A DNA stretch of 64,000 nt from positions 165,292,001-165,356,000 of the forward strand of contig OX597815.1 of NCBI GenBank assembly GCA_951406725.2. Direction: 5' to 3'. The notes under the pieces were generated by a model that saw only the letters and a program-made list of their open reading frames with translations, was not told where the DNA came from and made no database searches. Origin of the DNA: Octopus vulgaris (taxonomy: Eukaryota). Position numbers and translations under genes: made by a program. Below, piece by piece: positions 54,752-64,000 of the stretch (its first letter is position 1; each line of letters starts with the position of its first letter).

Positions 54752-56342
54752 ACACACAAACACATACTCTCACAGACTCACACACACACTTACACACATT
54801 AACGCAAACACGCACATAGACATTAACGCATATACGCAGACACATACACTAACACATATGCGCACATAAATGTACACACACTTAAATAACACACTCTTGT
54901 AGACACATGCAAGCACAAACACATACACTCACAGACTCACGCACACACACACACACACACATACACAGACACACACAAACACGCAAACACATGCACAGAG
55001 AAACACACACACGCGCGCGCGCATGCGCATGCAGACACAGACACACAAGAAATTAGGAATATGTTATTTCATGTCATTTGCATACATTGGTATATAATAT
55101 GCTAACACGCATTGAATGCGCCCCATCGCGAAACGTTTCGAGCAAAATATTAATTGGATAAAATATATTTGAGGAATTAATCAATAAAGCACTTAATGCA
55201 TAAATTTAAATGATAAATTTATTTATTGAAACAATGTAATTTTATTAAACAATACATTATAAAATTGAAACAATAAATTCAAAATTGAAACAATAATTAC
55301 AACTTTTTCAAAATATTCTTATATCTACAATATATTATAGCATATTGACAAATATTGAAACATAAATAACATATTATAATTTCATTTCATATTGTTTAGC
55401 AAAATATATGTATCTATAAAGACATTGTTGTTTTGTTATGGCTGTGTGGTAAGGAGGTTAGGTTCGCAGTCACACAAAACGTTATCAGGTTCGAGATAAT
55501 TGCGCACCACCTTGGGCAGTTACTGCGGACCCTAGCTTCAGGTTTTTCATTATCTCATGAATGGAATTTGAGAGATGGAAGCTATGCAGAAGGTCATCAG
55601 ACACACGCATACACACAAATATTGACAAGTCCCTTAAAACCCCTTCGTGGGCGGGGGTGGGGGTCAATGTGGAGCTGCAGCCATGCAGCGTATCTACGAG
55701 AAAACCTGGTGTAGCCCATCCCTCTCTTGGCTAAACTCATTCCTACCGCTGAGTGAACTGGAGCAACGTGAAGTGAAGTGTTTTGCTCAAGAACACAACG
55801 CATCGATCGGTCCAGGAATCGAAACCACAATCTTACAATCGTGTGTCCAACGCCCTAACCACTAAGCCAAGCGCGTCATACACATACACAGAACACGTCT
55901 TCAAGAAACTATCTCGAAAATTGCAGCATTTTGCCTGTCATCAATGTATTTACATTAAGTGTGACATAAAGAAACGTATTTTAATTTAATGCTGCTTTAA
56001 TTGCGTACATCGTAATTGTATTCCGTCTGGCGGCTATTTGCAATATTGGTTAATATATTATTCACTGTTTCTTTCATCAGAGGCGACAAAATTTGTTTAG
56101 GAATGAAGCTACGAGTACACGTATGACAACAAACAAATAACGTCGAAATGTATCTGGCGTTCTCGCTTAGACGCTGTTGGCAGGATTTTTGTTTGCTTGC
56201 GATATATTTTGCGCTTTTAACACAGCAAGTATTTAAAAAATTTCTTTTCATTTCAGGCAAAAACCGTAGTGGCTTGTCTGTCATCGATGTATATATATTA
56301 AGTATGATACGTATATGCCTTACACACACACACACATACACG

Positions 56343-56409
<67 letters not shown>

Positions 56410-56413
<4 letters not shown>

Positions 56414-57099
56414 CTTTTATTTTTATATTTTGTTGCAGTCGTGAGACTGCGGCCATGCTAGTTCACTGCCTTGAAGAATTTTTTGTTGGATGAATCTACT
56501 CCAGTGCTTACTTTTTCTTGCTAAGCATGGTTCTTATTCTATCGATCGCTTTTGCCAAATCGCTATGTTACGGGGACGTAAACACACCAACATCGGTTGT
56601 CAAGTGATGGGGAAGACACAGACACTGACACAACCACACACACACACTTCTTTTATTTTTATCTCTTGTTGCAGTCGTGAGACTACGGCCATGCTAGTTC
56701 ACTGCCTTGAAGAATTTTTTGTTGGATGAATCTACTCCAGTGCTTACTTTTTCTTGCTAAGCATGGTTCTTATTCTATCGATCGCTTTTGCCAAATCGCT
56801 ATGTTACGGGGACGTAAACACACCAACATCGGTTGTCAAGTGATGGGGAAGACACAGACACTGACACAACCACACACACACACTTCTTTTATTTTTATCT
56901 CTTGTTGCAGTCGTGAGACTACGGCCATGCTAGTTCACTGCCTTGAAGAATTTTTTGTTGGATGAATCTACTCCAGTGCTTACATTTTCTTGCTAAGCAT
57001 GGTTCTTATTCTATCAATCGCTTTTGCCGAATCGCTATGTTACGGGGACGTAAACACACCAACATCGGTCGTCAAGTGGTGGGAAGACACACACACTGA

Positions 57100-57135
<36 letters not shown>
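56410..57135 (-). repeat. 236-bp tandem triplication of an old family A SINE 3' half
   Basis: Identical ORF translations at 56490 and 56726 (period 236). The third unit has a few differences. Confidence 0.93.
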
Positions 57136-57140
<5 letters not shown>

Positions 57141-57141
57141 T

Positions 57142-58011
57142 CGATGGGGTACCCAAAAGAAGCCGGAGTTTTGCAATATTATTTTATTCACATGGTCTTA
57201 CATGTTTACACTTTTATCATCTTCAAAGTATTCTCCATTTGAAGCAATGCATAAATCCAGACGCGTTTTCCACTGTTCAAAGCAGTGCTGGAACTCTTGC
57301 GAAGTGATGCCTTTTAACGCCTCTGTCGTTTTTGTTCACATCTTCGACGTCTGCAAATTCCGTAGCATAAGCTTCCATCACCAGGAATGACCTCGAAAAG
57401 AGGTCCAGATCAACTTACAACTGTTTTTTCAGTTCACGACAGGCATTCAATCGTGACTGCTTTTGATCTTCCGTGAGTAAACGAAGCACAAATTTTGCTG
57501 CAATTCGCAATTCCTTCCTCAAGATTCGTTGGCAGGAGCCCCAGGACACACCAGTCATATCAAGTTCGTCAATTGTTCGGAGACGGTCCTCCAAGATCAG
57601 TTCATGAATTTTCATGATGTTTTCATTCTTTTGGGAGGTCGACGGTCGCCCTGAACAAGGTTGGTCCTAAAGCATGAAAAACGCTCAGAAACTTGTGCTC
57701 TGCTCATGGCAGCGGGCTTGTAAGCTGTTCGAATCATGACAACTATTTCGGCTGCCGTTTTCTCCAGCAGAAAAATAGAACTTCATGGAAGCACGCTGTT
57801 CCTTCGTTTCAGTCATCGCAAAAATCGACGATCAAGAGAGAAGCACTGTAAAACAAAGACACACCTATTGTCAGTATGACCCCTCCCAGACAACGCCGGT
57901 CGGCAGACAGATGACCGAGAGTCGCATCAAGTGGCTTCTAGCGGCGGAAGCCTGAACTACAACGGGCTTGTCCTACAGAGAACGTTTCCGGTTACATTTG
58001 GGTACCCACTC

Positions 58012-58012
<1 letters not shown>
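57142..58012 (-). mobile_element. Internally deleted mariner element with TIRs
   Basis: cgatggggtacccaaa..ccgga / tccgg..tttgggtacccactcg followed by TA. HTH region ILEDRLRTIDEL..GSCQRIL..AAKFVLRLLT. Confidence 0.82.
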
Positions 58013-58054
<42 letters not shown>

Positions 58055-58813
58055 CATACATACAATGGGCATCTTTCAGTTTCCGTCCAGCAAATCCACT
58101 CACAAGGCTTTGGTCGGCCCGAGGCTATAGTGGAGGACACTTACCCAAGGTACGACTGAACTCAGAACCATGTGGATGAGAAGCAAGCTTCTTACCACAT
58201 AGCCACACTTAAAATTTATTTTGGCTCCTTTCCTTCATGCTACCCTATCCCGAAGTTGATGCCCTCGTCGTAGTGCAGTGGATACTCGAGTGAAGTGTGG
58301 AACTCACTATTGAGCCAAATCTTTAATAACCATGTACTCTACTAAAAAGCATTGACCAATCTTTCAGCTAAATTCAGTTAAATTCTTATAAAAAATACAT
58401 CGTGCACCTCTTCAGGCAGCGTCGATTTGTTGGAGGAAGTGGGATAATATACTGCACATATAAGGCGGCGAGCTAGCAGAAACGTTAGCGGTATTTCGTC
58501 TGTCTTTACGATCTGAGTTCAAACTCCGCCGAGATCGGCTTTGCCTTTCATCATTTCGGGGTTGATAAATTAAATACCAGCTGCGTACTGGGTTCGATCT
58601 TAGCGACTGGCGCCCTCCCCCAAATTTCGGCCCTTGTGCCTAGAGTAGAAAAGAATGCACTGCACATATTTGATCACTATAAACAAATCACTTGACCAGC
58701 TTATTCAACAAGAGATTGCAGAACCATCTTTCTGCGGCAATCACATATTTTTTATGACCCGTCCGTGTTTTTTGTCTAGTCTTCTGAATGTTTTGCGTTC
58801 TTGTCCCATTTTG

Positions 58814-58856
<43 letters not shown>

Positions 58857-58878
58857 CGGCGTACGTATCCTTTGTTCT

Positions 58879-58930
<52 letters not shown>

Positions 58931-61255
58931 CTGTAAGACCTTCTATCTATAAATGCTCTAATATCTACACAGTCTTGGTTTTTTATCTTATTACGCAAAA
59001 AATTCTTATATATATATATATATAGAGAGAGATACATATCGCCGAAGGATACAAACATTGCTGAAAAACCGATATTCCTTGGGCGATGCCCACCGGCTTA
59101 CGAATATTCTTTTGTCGCTCTGACCGTTAGACGTCCACTAAACCAGTGATTAGTTTATTGAAAACCTATTATCAACTAGGCTATTCTTCAAAAATTGTGC
59201 AATAAAATAATTAAAACTATGATTGCGTTCACTTAGTATTTTTCCTGGACAGCTTTGGGAGAGCGTATGTTAGTAACATAAATGTCACAAATCAATGCAC
59301 CAAAATGAAATATTTCTTTTATTGCCAATGAATGATTTCTCTGTCTTTTCTTTATGATAGCCTAATTTTTTTTCTGTTTTCTAAACGTTTTGATACATAA
59401 AGAGTATTTCTATTTTAGTAAATGTCTTAAAATATTAGAATTTTTGACAGAGTAGCATGAAAATGTAGTTGCAGTATGTTGTTTTTTATATAAATTTCTT
59501 ACTGTCATATGTTCTGCCTTTAATGTTTTACTTGTTTCAGACATTAGACTGCGTCCATGCTGGGGCACCGCCTTGAAGAATTTTTAGCCGAATGAATCTA
59601 CCCCACTACTTTACTTTTTAAGTATGGTACTTAGTCTACCGGTGGTCTTTTGCCGAACAGCTAAGATTACGGAGACGTAAACAAACAAATGATGGTTTGG
59701 GGATGAAACAGAAATACACACACACACACACTCATACAACAGGCTTCTTTAAGTTTCCGTCTACCGAATCCACTCACAAGTCTTTGGTCGGTCCGAGGCT
59801 ATAGTAGAAGACACTTGTCCAAGGTATTACGCAGTGAGTCTGAACCCAGAACCATTGGGTTGGGAAGCAAGCTTCTTATTACACAGCTACGCCAGCGCCA
59901 ATATATTCAATCTTTTATCTTTTTTTTTTATCTTTTACTTGTTTCAGTCATTGTATTGCGGCCACTCTGCCTTTTCCTTAGACAACGTCAGTGGCGTAGA
60001 GAAGGGAGGCTGGTATGCATAGGCAACTGCTGGTCTCCCATATTAGTCAAATTAAATTCAGTCGTGTTTTGTTTTGAAAAACTTTTATAAGGTTTGAACT
60101 TTTATTACAGTAATATCTATGGAAGACCGGTGGGATTATTCTTTATATGGACTTAAAGATGGATCGCAATTTAGCATATAATTTAGTTATTGCAGTTTAT
60201 TATTAATACTGATGCAATGTACATTGGTTTAAATGTCTCTTGATGTAGTTTTAGTAAGGTTAGTGTTTAACACTCCCTACATATTGATTGATGGAAATAA
60301 TATGATTATTAAGCTTTACTTTTATATTACACTACCGAAGACGGTAGGGATTATAATTTTTTGTGGCTTAATAGAGTTGTCGCTGTTTAGTTACGTATTT
60401 AGGAGGGGTTGTAATTTACTTATGGAATAGATTTATCGATACGGTTGTACAATGGGTAAATGTGTTTGAAAGTCATGGTCTCTTTGGTTTGTTTGTTTAT
60501 TGCCAAACAACACTTATTTTAGTGGTGTTAACACCGCCAGATTTGAATGGTACTGCTCAGGTGTCGAAACCATAATAATATCCGTCGGGCAGCTGATGAT
60601 GGAGGTATGTTGGCTTGTTGGTATGGCTGTTTTTGTTTATGTGGATTAGTATTATTGGATTTTTGCTATGGCTGTGGAATCGTATTATACGAGTAACACA
60701 TCCTTTTGATATATTTGTATTTATATACTTACGCATAGTTTATACTGAGTCGCAACAATTTCGCCCGAAGATCGCAAGGGACACACTCTCAGCTTCAGCT
60801 TTAATGAAAAAATCTAGCACAATAAGTCTATACAAAAGGCTTCCCCGAGGTGAATATTGCAGTTTTGTGGTTTTCTACAGTATATCCAGGTTAAGTAAGC
60901 TATAATGATTGCTATTTTGATCTAATATTTCTATCGCTGATATCGAATTTTTATTCAGTCTGCCAGCTTTTTGCAACACCAATGATCTGTTTATGTCTGT
61001 TTGTGTATATCAGTAGAAGGTAAATTTGTGCAAGCATGCAGTTGCAAGCAGATACTTGCTACAGATGAAGTGCAAAGATGCAGAAATATAAATTTAGCAA
61101 ATTCTACTACCACTGTTGGTCAGTTTTCATCTAGTACTGATAAACTTCTGTGTTTTTAGCACTGAACGTGTATGTCTACACGAGGTGCTTTCTCGAGTCA
61201 AATACCGCTGTTTTGTGACTTGCTTACATTATATCTACGCTATGTAAATACACCA

Positions 61256-61319
<64 letters not shown>

Positions 61320-61654
61320 CAACAACAACAACAATATATATACGCACACACAATTATATCATGTATGCGTGTACTGTTTGCCAATGTGCATAGCGATCTT
61401 TATCAAGCTTAGGTTTATATTATCAGTTCATCTACTTTTAAGAGGCGAAGCTCAAAAATCTTTTGCTTCTTACAACTAAGATTTTTAAAAGTGATTACTG
61501 AGTTTTTATTGAGGATAAACACATTTGTTGCAGAGCTAAGTATCTGTGGGAGGGAGGGAGGGAGAGCGAGAGAGATGGAGAGACAACCAAGCAGAACAGA
61601 GAAAGGTACACGTTTGAGACGAGTGTTTGTGTATCACAAACACACACAAACACG

Positions 61655-61745
<91 letters not shown>

Positions 61746-62071
61746 GCATTGTTATTATTGCTAATAACCAGATGAAGTTAACAGAGTGACTGAAAGACTA
61801 AAGATTAGTGCATTGGCACTTATCAACAATGTTGTTTTCCAACTTTGGCACAAGGTCAGCAATTTCGGCACTTATTTTATCGACCCTGAAAAGATGAAAG
61901 GCAAATTAGACCTCTGCGGAAATTGAACTCAGAAGTGAAAACGAACTAAATGCTGCTTAGCATTTTGCCTGACGTACTGACTATTCGGCCAGTTCGTTGC
62001 CTTATCTATAATATTAATCATAAAAAACTATGTACACACAGACACAGACACACACACACGTGTGTGTGTGT

Positions 62072-62121
<50 letters not shown>

Positions 62122-62122
<1 letters not shown>

Positions 62123-62525
62123 GGCGCAGGAGTGGCTGTGTGGTAAGTAGCTTGCTTACCAACCACATGGTTCTGGGTTCAGTCCCACTGCGTAGCACCT
62201 TGAGCAAGTGTCTTCTACTATAGTCTCGGGCCGACCAAAGCCTTGTGAGTGGATTTGGTAGACGGAAACTGAAAGAAGCCTGTCGTATATATGTATATAT
62301 ATATATATGTGTGTGTGTGTATGTGTTTGTCCCCCTAGCATTGCTTGACAACCGATGCTGGTGTGTTTACGTCCCCGTCACTTAGCGGTTCGGCAAAAGA
62401 GACCGATAGAATAAGTACTAGGCTTACAAAGAATAAGTCCCGGGGTCGATTTGCTCAGCTAAAGGCGGTGCTCCAGCATGGCCGCAGTCAAATGACTGAA
62501 ACAAGTAAAAGAGAGTAAAAGAGAG
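62122..62525 (+). mobile_element. SINE family A, full length, young
   Basis: Matches other family A copies. Preceded by (TA)n. Confidence 0.92.
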
Positions 62526-62612
62526 GCCTACAAATAATAAATCGCGCGTTCAATTCGTTCGCCTAAAGGCGGCGCGCCAGTATGGCCGTAGTCAAATGAC
62601 TGAAACAAATAA

Positions 62613-62654
<42 letters not shown>

Positions 62655-62897
62655 GTAAAAATCCAAAGATAAGTTAACGCATGAAAAGGGTTTTCGCAAA
62701 ATAGTTTTACTGAAAATATATTAGTGTATGATGCGGTCATAAGAAATTTTGTATTAGAAAAAGAAAAAAAATAACAACATAATTATCTCACCAGCATCCG
62801 ATTTTCACTTTTATTCTACTTATGAAACTTCTAAGTGATTCTTTCGTTATATATATAAAACAAAATATTTATTTCTCAGGCAATTTAAATTTTAAGT

Positions 62898-62929
<32 letters not shown>

Positions 62930-63030
62930 CTCTCTCTCTCTCTCTCTCTTTCTATCTGTCTCTCTCTCTTTATATATATATATACATATACATATAAACA
63001 CATGCATACATACATACATACATACATACA

Positions 63031-63105
<75 letters not shown>

Positions 63106-63186
63106 TATAAGTTCAATAGTTGTGCAATCAATAAAAGAAGTAGTCCATCTAGTGAGAAATAAATATCAATTTAATATACAGCCGAA

Positions 63187-63276
63187 AGAGCTACTAATAG
63201 TTTCATGCTTTTATGATACTTGAACAAGCATATGTATAATATGCGCCATGTATCTCCAAGCAACCCTTCAGGTTCT
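63187..63276 (-). ncRNA. Degenerate type I hammerhead with long stem II
   Basis: Minus strand reads agaac-CTGAAGg-g-ttgctt..gatac..gcatat(tatac)atatgc..gtatc..aagcat-GAAA-ctattag-TA-gctct. Confidence 0.6.
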
Positions 63277-64000
63277 GCTTATGCGTTATATATATTTAAA
63301 AATGAAACAACGACGTTGGACAATGAAAAATAGGAAAAAACGTGGGAAAACGCGATGAAGGTTAGTGCAAAAAATTGGAACGAAAAGAGACTCGAAATCA
63401 GGAAAACTAACATCCTCGTCCTTCCAGATTGCAGAAAGCACATTAAATATAACTGGTATAGAAGAAAATAGCGATAAAATACATTTATAGTCAACACATC
63501 ACACGCAAAGTGTTATTCACTTTTTGCAACTGAGTGGGCTGAAGTCATATGAAATGAAGTATTTTACTCCAATAATACAAAGCGCTGCTCGGCCTGGGAA
63601 TCGAACTTACGCCTTAATGTCTGGCAACATGAATTCGCGTGTTAACTAATTAATAAAAAGAATCATTAGATAATGTAGCTGAGAGGTTTATTTTTGTCTG
63701 AGTCACAAAGGTAATGTAGTACCCATGATTCGTTTACAGGGCCCTCATTGGATAGTGGTGGGAAGTTTTACGCAGACTGGAAACCCAGAACAACATACTG
63801 AACAAAACAAAAGAAACCCAGGTGCCAGATGAGGGTATAAGCCGGATGACGAATTATGTTTGCAATTTCAGACTAGATAAAAACACTTAGAACCTCTTTC
63901 ATTACACATTTTCTCTATTAAGTCTGATCTAGGACCAAACGCATTATAACGATATCAAAATCTGAATCTGAAATGCACAAGCGCAAAATTAAAAAGGAAG

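Noticed and set aside
60420-61140. Coding-looking unique segment
   Set aside because: No recognisable motif or sustained ORF on either strand.

Overview
This is AT-rich, microsatellite-dense, gene-poor animal DNA. Its SINE repertoire resembles octopus genomic repeats (inference from recall, not a search). No host protein-coding gene is confidently identifiable, and most ORFs in the track are translated (TA)n/(CA)n/(TATG)n/(TATC)n repeats. The window is a mosaic of mobile DNA: three tRNA-derived SINE families; an RTE LINE with a 5' inversion, a truncated sister copy and a short element sharing its 3' tail; an L1/Tx1-type LINE in (TATC)n; two R2-group (RLE) LINE relics; a heavily decayed Copia-type LTR element; several Tc1/mariner relics; MITEs; Helitrons; and Penelope-like (GIY-YIG) fragments. 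The most notable signal is about 10 type I hammerhead ribozyme motifs from several unrelated families. They have short palindromic stem III and mostly lie in short non-coding segments next to (TA)n/(CA)n tracts. One sits in a ~357-nt, terminally redundant, ORF-less retrozyme-like unit at 47613-48084. Coordinates were counted by hand and may be off by a few bases.
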